From an uncultured bacterium (GTDB lineage: Bacteria; Planctomycetota; UBA1135; GCA-002686595), in the NCBI GenBank assembly GCA_943787795.1, contig CALSNU010000003.1, positions 288,001 to 352,000 on the forward strand: a DNA stretch of 64,000 nucleotides. The letters are read 5' to 3'. Below, piece after piece: positions 8,909-18,271 of the stretch. Both the position numbers and the translations under genes were made by a program. The notes under the pieces were generated by a model. The model did not search any database. It worked only from the letters and a program-made list of their open reading frames with translations, and was not told where the DNA came from. Each line of letters opens with the position of its first letter. Within the stretch, counting starts at the first letter, position 1.

Positions 8909-10423
8909 TCAGGCCGAGGCGGGCTCCATGGGGGCGGCCCCCACGACCTCGCGGACCAGAGCCCGAAAGTCGCGGGCGCCGATGTCGATCGAGGCTGCCA
9001 TGCGCCGGAGGAGCTTGATCTCCTTGGACGAGAGCGAACCGTCGGCGAGGGCGAGCTCGATGAGGTCTACGAGGTCCTCGCGCCCGGCGAGCTCGTGGGT
9101 CGTGTCTCCCGCCGCCTCTGCCTCGATCATCTGCTCCAGCGTGTCCTGGTCGATCGCAGCGGCGTCGGCCCATCGGTCGAGGAAGCTGCGCTCACGCTTG
9201 GAGATGTCACCGTTGCTCATGGCGACATGGACCAACGCCTCGAGGGCCGCCTGGTTGCGGTCGGCGAAGGGGTCTCTTGACGATTCCCCGGGAGGACTCA
9301 TGGCTGCGCTGGATGCCCCCGCGCGGCGTCGACGGGCGCTCGTTGCTGCTCTGCCCTTGAGGCTCCTCAGGTACAAGGCGACGGCAGCGAGGCCGCCAAG
9401 TGGGATCACGAGGGCGATGGGATGGTGGAAGAGTGCGCTGGAGAGGATCACGAGCAGCCCGACCGTCCCGCCGACCACGCCGCTGACGACCAAGGCCGCT
9501 CCATTGGCAAGGTCGCCGATGACAGGGATCATGTAGAGCAGGCTCGCGACGGCGCTGAGCGCGACGTAAATGCCGCCGATGACCGCGAGGATGCCGAACC
9601 CGCGGACGCGCCACTTGAGGGCAGAGATGCTGGCCGCCATCTTCTGGACGGCCTCTGCTCGCTCGCCATTGACGAGGTAGTGAAAGATGCCGTCGTTGCC
9701 GATGAAGCCGGAGATGATCGATTGCTCGATCTCGAAGTCGAGAGGGTGTCCCTTGCCGTCTCGGATCGAACCAAAGTAGGTGCCAGTGGCCGCGGCTGGT
9801 ATGGCTCGGTAGATGACCCTCTCGTCGCCTAACTTGGGGTCGTCTAGTGCCTGCGCCCGGTTCACTAGTTGGTTGCCGACTCTCACCAATCCGAGCTCTA
9901 CGGCCTCTGTGCTCAGCGACAAGCTGGTCAGGTCGAGCGCCTGGTCATCGTCGATGAGCTTCAGCTTGGCGGGCTCGACGGTGGTCTCCCCGATCACGAC
10001 CCGGTCGAGCCGCGCGGTCCCGCTGCGGAGCCGTTGGGTGACCTCGTTGTTCTCTGTCACCCTGGGGACGTGGGCGCGCCAATCGAGCTCCATGTCGTCC
10101 ATGAGATCGTCCTCGTCGCTCTCGTCGTCCCAGCAATAGATCTCGGCGATCGCGACGACCTGGTGCCAGCCGGTGAGCGGTTCGAGGTAGAGCGGCGTCA
10201 GCGTCCCGCCGGGTGGGAGCGGACCGGTGAGGGAGATGGGCTCATCCCCACGGGCGTCGCTGGCGGTGGAGATGGCGCGGGCGTCTGCGGCGGTCTCGGC
10301 GTAGTCGAATCGCCCCTCATTTTCCCACAGCGCGAGGATGCCTCCTCCGATGAGCATCGGGATGAGGACGATGCTGTTTCCTCGGTTCTTGCGGCGGGAG
10401 CCGAGGCCGATGCTGAATCCCAT
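8909..10423 (-). CDS. TMEM43-like membrane protein with C-terminal TerB-like domain
   Basis: N-terminal TM ending LWENEGR, PKLGDERVIY, KWRVR followed by a TM bundle; C-terminal VAMSNGDISKRE and LALADGSLSSKE repeats. Confidence 0.7.
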   Translation of the reverse strand: MGFSIGLGSRRKNRGNSIVLIPMLIGGGILALWENEGRFDYAETAADARAISTASDARGDEPISLTGPLPPGGTLTPLYLEPLTGWHQVVAIAEIYCWDDESDEDDLMDDMELDWRAHVPRVTENNEVTQRLRSGTARLDRVVIGETTVEPAKLKLIDDDQALDLTSLSLSTEAVELGLVRVGNQLVNRAQALDDPKLGDERVIYRAIPAAATGTYFGSIRDGKGHPLDFEIEQSIISGFIGNDGIFHYLVNGERAEAVQKMAASISALKWRVRGFGILAVIGGIYVALSAVASLLYMIPVIGDLANGAALVVSGVVGGTVGLLVILSSALFHHPIALVIPLGGLAAVALYLRSLKGRAATSARRRRAGASSAAMSPPGESSRDPFADRNQAALEALVHVAMSNGDISKRERSFLDRWADAAAIDQDTLEQMIEAEAAGDTTHELAGREDLVDLIELALADGSLSSKEIKLLRRMAASIDIGARDFRALVREVVGAAPMEPASA

Positions 10424-10637
10424 GGGGAAGTGCCGGGCGTGAAGGTGGAGCCAGCTGAGCTCGGCGAGCCGGCTGGACCGGGTCAGACCGGCGCCCGCGG
10501 GGCGTGGCTGCGGTCTGTAACGGGCCCCTGCTGGGCCCCTCGCCAACGAGCTTAGCAGATCTCAGGCGCCGCTCTTAAGGGGGGAAGATCCCGACCGGAT
10601 CGGGCGGTGATGGTCCGGCAGTGGCCGACTCGCTCGC

Positions 10638-11456
10638 TCAGCCCTCGTCCCGCACGCCGTCCCACTTGCCCAGCTTGGCAGGGAAGGCTCGCTTGTTCTT
10701 GCGGAGCCAGACCGTCCACTCTCGCTCCACCTTGTCCCCGAAGGCCGGGCGCTTCTCGATCTCCTTCTCGTCGGCCACTCGTACGAGAGACATGTGGATC
10801 CTCCGCAGGCGTGTCGTGTCCTTGCCCTTGGCGAGCTGCTTGATCACGGCCTCAAGGGCGCCTTGGGTCTGGAGCTCCAGCAGCGAGTGGGTGGCGGCCA
10901 TGGCGACGGGCTCGCCGCGCATCTCCGCGGGGTAGGCGCCGAGCAGAGAGGAGAGCGCCTTCACCACCCGATCGTCCGGCAACTCCCTGCACGCCCTCAT
11001 GCTGGCCTCCAGGTACTGCATGGCATCTTCGGGAGTGCCGTGCTCGTTATCTGGCCCCGTCATGCTCCCCACGAGCGACCACATGTTCTTCTCGAACCAC
11101 TTCAGCTGCGCTACGACGGCGGTCACGGCGGTGTCCGCGTGCTGTCCGTCCACGAGCAGCTCGATGGCCAACTCTCGGACCTCAAGCCGGTCATCGGCGA
11201 GGGCGCTGGCCAGGACCTTGGCGACGTCCTTGCCCGGCGCATTCTCGTGCTCCTCGGTCAACTCCGCGACGACGCTCAGCGCGCTCATGCGCTGCCCTGC
11301 GTCCTTCGACGCGAGGAGCGGAGCGAGTCGCTTGAGCTCGGCCTTGTCCTGGTTCTTGTGCGGTGTGCAGACCTTGCTCCGCCGGCACGCCTCGCACTCG
11401 TCGAGGGGCGCTGCGGGGAGGAGGATGAGCGCAGCGAGGGCGAGGAGGTTCGACAT
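10638..11456 (-). CDS. Secreted HEAT-repeat-like protein
   Basis: Signal peptide MSNLLALAALILL; helical repeats (LLASKDAGQRMSAL, ALADDRLEVRELAIELL); TAGAAT about 60 nt upstream. Confidence 0.65.
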   Translation of the reverse strand: MSNLLALAALILLPAAPLDECEACRRSKVCTPHKNQDKAELKRLAPLLASKDAGQRMSALSVVAELTEEHENAPGKDVAKVLASALADDRLEVRELAIELLVDGQHADTAVTAVVAQLKWFEKNMWSLVGSMTGPDNEHGTPEDAMQYLEASMRACRELPDDRVVKALSSLLGAYPAEMRGEPVAMAATHSLLELQTQGALEAVIKQLAKGKDTTRLRRIHMSLVRVADEKEIEKRPAFGDKVEREWTVWLRKNKRAFPAKLGKWDGVRDEG

Positions 11457-11887
11457 GTTTAGGCTGCGCGATCGCTGCCCCAGGACGACAGGGGCGTTTG
11501 GGGCGCGAAGCGATTCTAAGCGGCCTCCTGTCGGGCCAAGAGGGCCTTCAGGTGGCAATGCCACCGGATGGGGGGGGAGAGGTGTCGACATCGGTGCGTG
11601 CTGCGCCCTGAAGGGCCCGGAGCCGGCCGACGGGAACCGCCCCCGACTCAGGGGGGAGTGGGAGCCCGCTGGACGGCTCGAGGCCCCTTGCCCGGGGGGG
11701 GGGGCCGCGGCGCCACTTCGGCGTGGGGGCCTCGAGCCACTGGTGAGACCTGCCTGGCCGCCCATGCATCGTCCCGCGACTCCTGCGGCACTCCGAGGAA
11801 GCGAGCCGGGCAAGGAGGTACTGAATACCGCCGTCTGGGCCCTAGACTGGGGGGCCCCGAATGCTCTCCGGGCCCGTTTGCCTCCCC

Positions 11888-13840
11888 ATGCTTCGACACC
11901 AGCTCTACCTCTCCTCGCTCGCCCTCTTCTGCGCAGCATCGCCGCTGCTGGCCCAGACGTGGGGCGACGGTCCCGCGCCACGGCAGGTCGCGGCGCCGGC
12001 CTCGGACATCGAGAGCGGGCTGCTGCGATTGCCCGAGCCCGCGGCCGGGGCGGTCCGATCTCGCGCGGCGCTCTTCGAGCTGGAGTGGACCGCGGATGGA
12101 GCGGGCGGCTGGCGGAGTGAGGCCGCGCTCCCGGTGGCCCCTGGACCCCTCGCGCTCGCCTTGCAGGCCCACGGCGCCGGCGGCATGGAGATCGAGCTCG
12201 CGGTCCGGGGGCGCCGGTTGCTCCATGGGCGTGGCGGCGCCGTGCGCTCGGATCAGGTGCTATCGCCTGAGGCCGGCGGCGAGGAGGTGCAGCGGTGGGA
12301 CGTTGGCCTGCGTCGGGGTGGAGAGGCGCGGGTGACGGTGCGCTTCGCGGCGGCGCCGGAGCCGCCGCGAGCGCGGCTCGTGGTGCGAGATCATCAGGAG
12401 CTGACCGCCGCGGCGTTCATCGACAGCCACGAGCTTGTGGTGGGACGGCCCTTCGCTCTCGCGGCGCAGGTGGAGTGGAACCACAGCGGGGTGGGGGTCG
12501 AGCCTCCGGTGCCCGTGGTGGATCGCGCCTGGGCCGAGGTCGCAGGGCCCACCGGCTCGACCCGGCTCCGGCTGGCGGACGATGGGCTGAGCGGCGACGG
12601 GGCCGCAGGGGACGGACGCTTTGGTGTCCTTCTGCCGGCGGAGATGAGCGGAGACTTCACGGCCCGCGTCGAGCTCGCGGGGACCCAGGGGGGCACGCGC
12701 TTCCTTCGGACGACCCGGGTGACCTTCACGGTGGACGAGCCCGCGGTCGTGCTGACAGGCGGCGTCCAAAGTGAGGTGCTGGACGCGCGGCGTCTACGGT
12801 TGGATCTGGACGCGGTCATGCTCGGCGACCCGCGGCGGCTACAGGTCTCCGCGGAGGTCTGGGCCCACGACGCCTCGGGCGCCGCCCGGCCCATGACCTG
12901 GCTCTCACGCATCGACGCCCCGCGGGCGGACGCTCGCCAGGCGGGCCACTGGAACCTCTCTCTCTGGCTCGACGCCGGGTGGTTCTCCCACGCAGGGCTT
13001 CGGCCGCCCCTCGAGCTGAGGAACGTGCGCGTCCAGGACCCCGACCACCTCGGCGTCCTCGCTCGCGCGGAGATGCTGCCGGTGCCGACCGGGGCCCTGC
13101 CGCCCCTCGCGGGCCGTGGGCTGGTCGCTCCGGAGTCACTCTTCGGGGTCACGGCGAACGCCTCGGCGCCCCCGACACCCACCACGGCCGTCCTGATCTC
13201 GCCGATCCTCCCGAACCCCGGATTGGTGCTCTCCCATGGGTACTGCGCCTCCGGGAATCCCTTCCCGACCTCGGACTTCAGCGCCCCGCTCTTCGTCTTC
13301 CAGGACACGTCGCAGAACCGGAGTCATGACCAGTTCGCGCGGCGCATCGCCAATCAGGCCTCGGCCTACACGTCCTTCGGGGTCGTGGCTCACAGCCAAG
13401 GAGGCAACGCCGCGCTCCACCTGCTGACCTACTACCAGAGCCCCCTCGACCGGGCCGAGGGGCCGCGCAGGATCCAGAGCGTGGGCTCCCCGTACCAGGG
13501 CACGCCCCTGGCATCCCTGGGCTTCTTCGCCTGCGGTGTGAACAACAACCTGACGACCGGCGGCGGACCCGTCTGGCTCGCGGGGATTCCGAGCTGGGCG
13601 CGCGCGGAGGTCTACTACCACACCACGGAAGAGGGCGGCTTCTTCGCCTGTCAGCTGCTGACCGCGCTGCTGCTCGCCAACCCCGAGGACGGGACCACGG
13701 AGCGGAGCCGGGGGCAACTCTCCGGTGCCCAGAACGAGGGACACGTCTCCGGCTGGTGCCACACGGTCCTGATGGCCGATCCGCCCCAGTGCGAGGACGG
13801 CGGTCGGAACAGCGTGATGGACGCCCTCGCCGCCCGCTGA
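11888..13840 (+). CDS. Conditioned-medium-factor (CMF)-like secreted protein with C-terminal alpha/beta-hydrolase domain
   Basis: Signal peptide; LADDGLSGDGAAGDGRF motif; HGYC, QNRSHDQFA, AHSQGG elbow, IQSVGSPYQGT, GWCHT. Confidence 0.7.
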   Translation: MLRHQLYLSSLALFCAASPLLAQTWGDGPAPRQVAAPASDIESGLLRLPEPAAGAVRSRAALFELEWTADGAGGWRSEAALPVAPGPLALALQAHGAGGMEIELAVRGRRLLHGRGGAVRSDQVLSPEAGGEEVQRWDVGLRRGGEARVTVRFAAAPEPPRARLVVRDHQELTAAAFIDSHELVVGRPFALAAQVEWNHSGVGVEPPVPVVDRAWAEVAGPTGSTRLRLADDGLSGDGAAGDGRFGVLLPAEMSGDFTARVELAGTQGGTRFLRTTRVTFTVDEPAVVLTGGVQSEVLDARRLRLDLDAVMLGDPRRLQVSAEVWAHDASGAARPMTWLSRIDAPRADARQAGHWNLSLWLDAGWFSHAGLRPPLELRNVRVQDPDHLGVLARAEMLPVPTGALPPLAGRGLVAPESLFGVTANASAPPTPTTAVLISPILPNPGLVLSHGYCASGNPFPTSDFSAPLFVFQDTSQNRSHDQFARRIANQASAYTSFGVVAHSQGGNAALHLLTYYQSPLDRAEGPRRIQSVGSPYQGTPLASLGFFACGVNNNLTTGGGPVWLAGIPSWARAEVYYHTTEEGGFFACQLLTALLLANPEDGTTERSRGQLSGAQNEGHVSGWCHTVLMADPPQCEDGGRNSVMDALAAR

Positions 13841-13882
13841 TCCGCGCTGCGAGGCCCGGCGCCGCGGGGGGGGGAAGGCGCG

Positions 13883-13922
13883 AAGAAGGCGGCGGCTCCC
13901 GTGTGGGAGCCGCCGCCTTCTT
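13883..13922. terminator. Bidirectional intrinsic terminator-like hairpin
   Basis: Perfect 18-bp inverted repeat AAGAAGGCGGCGGCTCCC-GTGT-GGGAGCCGCCGCCTTCTT between convergent genes. Confidence 0.8.
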
Positions 13923-13999
13923 GATGGCACCTGTCCTTGGATGGCACCTGTGTTGGATGGAACGGTTGTCCGGGGCCACCGCCGTGCGGCGCCGTGCCG

Positions 14000-15562
14000 C
14001 TAGCAGTGGTTGCTGACGATGCGCTGGTCCTTGTGGCGCATGTCCCGGGTGGACACGCCGTGCAGGCTTGAGAAGTCCACCGAGTCAAGGAAGCTCAGAG
14101 CGGCGTTGAAGGACTCGAGGAGGTCCTCGGCCATGTCCCGGGTGAGGTTGCCTTTCACGACGATGCGGAACATGGACTGGTCCGCCTTCGCGTCGTGGAA
14201 GAGGGGCAGGGTGTCCTCGCTGATCGGATGCTCGTAGCTCATCTTGTAGCCGCTGACGTACCAGTGGTGCTGGGAGAGCACGTGCTGGAGGTCGATGTCA
14301 TCGAAGGTGAAGCCCGCGTCGGGGTTGAGCATCGCGGTGACCACCGGGAGGCAGTGCTCGTCGCCGTCATCCAGGAGGACGAAGCGCGGCTTGCCGTCGT
14401 GGTCCATGGCGCGTAGCCCGTCCCGCAGGAAGCTGGCGTTGCGCATCATGTTCTCCTCGCACTGGCGGTAGCCGGCCATGCCGAAGCGCAGCAGCTTGTA
14501 GAACTGCACGTAGACCCCGCTGGCGGGCCGTGAGAAGTTGAGCGTGTAGGAGTCGGCCTTGCCTCCGAGGTAGGTGACGGAGATCGCCACGTGCTCGCTG
14601 AGGTCGTGGCGCTCGCGCCAGACCACCCAGCCCGTGCCGCAGCAGGATTCCCCGTACTTGTGCCCGCTGGAGGAGATGGAGAGCACGTTCGCGAGGCGGA
14701 AGTCCCAGGCCGGCAGGTCATCCTGGAACGGCGCGATGAAGCCGCCGGAGGCGGCGTCCACGTGGATGCCGACCTGCCAGCCGTTGGCGCCGTTCACCTC
14801 GGTGACGACCTTGTCCACGTCCCATACGGGGTCGTACTGGCCGCCGTAGTGGTTGCCCATGATGCAGACCACGGCCATGGTCTTCTCGTCGATGGCCTCG
14901 CGGACGCCCTCCGGGTCGACCTTGAAGGTGTCGCGAGAGGGCGCGACAAGGCGGGGCTCGATGTCGAGGTACTTGAAGAGCTTCTCCCACGCCGCCTGGT
15001 AGCAGGTGGAGATCACGACGTTGGGCCGGATGGCGCGGACCTCGTCGTCGCTCAGCCCGTGGCGCTTCTGATACCAGGCGCGCCAGCGGAACTTGAGGGC
15101 GAGGCCTGCGAGCAGGCAGGCCTCGGTGGAGCCGACCGTGCCGGCGCCGGGGTAGACGCCATACTCGTCGAAGTCGTCGGGCTTGGGGCAGTTCCACAGG
15201 GTCGCGATCATGTTCACCACCGAGTCGTGGATCGCGTACGACTTGGGGTAGACGGTCTGGTCCGCGAGGTTGACCTGCAGCCCCATGAGCGCGACCTCCT
15301 CCTCCTCGGGCTCGAAGCTCACGTTCACGTACGACGACGTGTTGAGCTTCTGATCGAAGTCGAGGGAGTGGGCGTTCTCGATCAGGGTCTTGACGGTCTT
15401 GGCGGGCAGGCCGGCGTCGGGCATGTGCGCCTCGCCGGAGAGGTCATGCTCCGCCTCTTCCGAGAAGTAGTAGCTCGTATCGGCCTGCTGTCGGGTGCGG
15501 TGGAGCTCGTCGCGCAGGGCCGCGACCTCACGCTTCAGTTCGTCGATCTCGGTGTTGCTCAT
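14000..15562 (-). CDS. gadB: Glutamate decarboxylase (group II PLP-dependent decarboxylase)
   Basis: TVGSTEA, HVDAASGGF, SSSGHKYG (PLP lysine), TLNFSRP. Confidence 0.85.
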   Translation of the reverse strand: MSNTEIDELKREVAALRDELHRTRQQADTSYYFSEEAEHDLSGEAHMPDAGLPAKTVKTLIENAHSLDFDQKLNTSSYVNVSFEPEEEEVALMGLQVNLADQTVYPKSYAIHDSVVNMIATLWNCPKPDDFDEYGVYPGAGTVGSTEACLLAGLALKFRWRAWYQKRHGLSDDEVRAIRPNVVISTCYQAAWEKLFKYLDIEPRLVAPSRDTFKVDPEGVREAIDEKTMAVVCIMGNHYGGQYDPVWDVDKVVTEVNGANGWQVGIHVDAASGGFIAPFQDDLPAWDFRLANVLSISSSGHKYGESCCGTGWVVWRERHDLSEHVAISVTYLGGKADSYTLNFSRPASGVYVQFYKLLRFGMAGYRQCEENMMRNASFLRDGLRAMDHDGKPRFVLLDDGDEHCLPVVTAMLNPDAGFTFDDIDLQHVLSQHHWYVSGYKMSYEHPISEDTLPLFHDAKADQSMFRIVVKGNLTRDMAEDLLESFNAALSFLDSVDFSSLHGVSTRDMRHKDQRIVSNHC

Positions 15563-15827
15563 GTGCGTGCGCCGTTGCGTCGGCGTGATCTCGATGGTGC
15601 GCCCCTGCTGCCACCTGCCTGGGCGCCGGCTGCCCGGTCGGGGCGGTGGCGTCAGGCGAGCGAGCGGGGAGACTGGATGGAGGGAGGCCTCAGGAGGCCG
15701 GATGAGGAGACCCGGGGGGAAGGCCCAGGCAGAGAGGCTCGTGCAGAAGGCCCTGGAGCCAGAGGGGTGGAGAGAATTTTGAAGGGAGAGGGGCGAGGCG
15801 GCCGGGACGGGCCGCCGCCGCGGGTGC

Positions 15828-16763
15828 TCAGCTGTCGGCGTCGATGTACGCGTCGATCACGGCTCGCTCGCCTTCCTTTCCGCCGGAGGCGTTGCCGTGC
15901 TCCATGCCGACGATACCGGTGTAGCCCTTCTTCTTCAGATGGCGGAAGACGTTGCGATACCCGATCTCGCCGGTGCCGGGCTCCTTGCGCCCAGGGTTAT
16001 CGCCGACCTGGATGTAGGCGATCTCGCTCCAGGAGCGGTCGAGGTTCGGGATGAGGTTCCCCTCGGTGATCTGCTGGTGGTAGAGGTCGTCCAGGATCTT
16101 GACCGAGGGCGAGTCGACCGCCCGGCAGATCATGTACGCCTGGGGCATGCCGCGCAGCATGAGCCCGGGATGATCGCGCCAGGGGTTGAGGGGCTCGAGG
16201 ACGGCGACAAGGCCGGCGGGCTCCAGGATCTCCGCGGCGAAGCGCAGGTTGTCGATGGCGTTGGCCATCTGGTACTCGTGGGGCACGTTTCGCTTCATGG
16301 CGCCCGGGACGACGGTGCACCACTTTGCGTTGACGCGCTTGGCCACCTCCACCGAGCGCTTCATGTCCGCCTCGATGCGCTCACGGGCCTTGGCGGGGGG
16401 CTCCACGAAGGTCGGGTTGCGCATGTCCACGTGGGCCACGAAGACGCCCATGGCCATGTCCATCTCGGCCATCGCGGCGGCCACGCGATCCTGGGTCGCG
16501 TCGTCCCGGCCCTTCATCCCGTTGTCCTCGAGGGCGGTGAAGCCCTCGTCCTTCATGAAGCGCAGCTGGTCCACCAGATCGTCGCCAGCGTGGGCACGGA
16601 ACATCCCGAAGTGGGGGGCGTAGCGCAGGCCGAATCCCTGGGCGGGGCGCGCAGGGGGTGATGTGCTGAGTCGCTCACTCCCGAGGGCGGAGGCGAACAC
16701 GGAGGGCGCTGCGGCGGTGGCCGCGGCTGCGGCGGCTCCGCGGAGAAAGTGGCGTCGTTGCAT
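15828..16763 (-). CDS. Tat-exported hydroxypyruvate isomerase-like TIM-barrel protein
   Basis: Tat signal MQRRHFL; LEPLN, DLYHQQITEGNL, DNPGRKEPGTGEI. Confidence 0.85.
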   Translation of the reverse strand: MQRRHFLRGAAAAAATAAAPSVFASALGSERLSTSPPARPAQGFGLRYAPHFGMFRAHAGDDLVDQLRFMKDEGFTALEDNGMKGRDDATQDRVAAAMAEMDMAMGVFVAHVDMRNPTFVEPPAKARERIEADMKRSVEVAKRVNAKWCTVVPGAMKRNVPHEYQMANAIDNLRFAAEILEPAGLVAVLEPLNPWRDHPGLMLRGMPQAYMICRAVDSPSVKILDDLYHQQITEGNLIPNLDRSWSEIAYIQVGDNPGRKEPGTGEIGYRNVFRHLKKKGYTGIVGMEHGNASGGKEGERAVIDAYIDADS

Positions 16764-16976
16764 GGGGAAGGGGGCGGGAGAGGGGACCTGAGCGCACACC
16801 GTACACGGCGCGGGCGATTCGGCGCGGCACACGGTTTGTAACCAGACCTCCCGCGACTACCCTTACGCGCCCCAACTGGAGCCTGGCGGATCCGTAGGCC
16901 CACGCTCCACCCCAACGGATGCCGGGCAGATCGAGCATCCAGGCCCAGACTCCAAACCGAGCACCCCCACCAGACC

Positions 16977-18271
16977 ATGATCGAAGTGGCCAACCTGACC
17001 CGCCGGTACGGCGCGCTGACCGCCGTCGACGACCTCAGCTTCGAGGTCGGCCGCGGCGAGGTCGTCGGGTTCCTCGGTCCCAATGGTGCCGGCAAGACCA
17101 CCACCATCCGGATCCTCGCGGGCTACCTGGCGGCCACCAAGGCGGAGCGCCTCGTGGTGGCTGGGCACGACGTGCAGCGGGACTCCATGGGCGTGCGCCG
17201 TTCGATCGGGTACCTCCCGGAGTCGGTCCCGCTCTATCCCGAGCTGCGAGTCGTGGAGATGATGCGCTTTCAGGGGCGACTGCATCGCATGGACCGACAC
17301 ACCATGCGAAGCCGCATCCCCGAGGTGCTCGAGCGGGTCGGCGTCCAGGACCGTGGGAAGCAGCTGGTGGGGACCCTCTCCCGCGGACTCAAGCAGCGAG
17401 TCGGTCTCGCCGTGGCGCTGCTGCCCGACCCGGAGGTCCTCGTCCTCGACGAGCCGACGAGCGGGCTGGACCCCATCCAGCGCGGCGAGGTTCGGGATCT
17501 GATTCACTCTCTCGCTGACGACCGCACCGTGCTGTTGTCCTCGCACATCCTCGCAGAGGTCGAGTCGGTGGCCCCCCGAGTGATCATTCTCCACGAGGGC
17601 CGTAAGGTCGCCGATGGGAAGCCCGCAGAGCTCGCCGCCTCGCTCGGGGGCGGCGGCCACGTGGCGGTCGAGGTCATGGGTGCGGCGTCCGCCGAGGACA
17701 TGGCCTCGCTGATCGGCACCCTCCCCGGCGTGGAGTCGGTGGCGACGGGCGATCGCGTCGGGATCCACCAGTCGTTTCAGGTGCGCGGGGAGGGGGACCT
17801 CCGGGAGGACATCGGCGCCCTCGCCATGACCCAGAGCTGGGCCCTTCGGGAGCTCTCCTGGCAGCGCCCGACCCTGGAGCAGCTGTTCACCCGGCTCGTG
17901 ACGGGCCGCAGCCTCGACGACCTGACTGGCCCGGGGGCTGCGTCGCTCACCGGAGCGGGAGCACCGTCTCCGGTCGCAGCGAGCGAGTTGGCCTCGCCCC
18001 CGCCGCCGCTGACGCCGCCGCTGCCGACGCCGCTGCCCCCGACGCGGGGGTCCCTGCGTCGGGCCTGGAGCTCTCTCAGGCCCCGACCGAGACCTCGCCG
18101 CTGCCGCTGGGGACGCCTGGGAACACGGGCTCGAAGATCATCTACAGCCTCAACCCGTTCGACCGGGGGGCGTCGCGTGATCTCTCGAAGCCCGTCTCGG
18201 TGGATGCGCCGGCCAATGAGGCCAGCGGGGCGGGGGACGAAGCGGACGATTCGGGCGAGGGCGAGTCATGA
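16977..18271 (+). CDS. ABC transporter ATP-binding protein (GldA-like); tail appears frameshifted near 17997-18001
   Basis: GPNGAGKTT, LSRGLKQR, LDEPT, SSH; the -1 frame tail ends at TGA 18271 overlapping the next ATG, while the called ORF runs to 18305. Confidence 0.88.

Noticed and set aside
15650..15820. Purine-skewed tract and a 7-bp GGCGGCC/GGCCGCC hairpin
   Set aside because: Could be a weak terminator for the Hyi-like gene, but the stem is short and has no U-tract; not supportable
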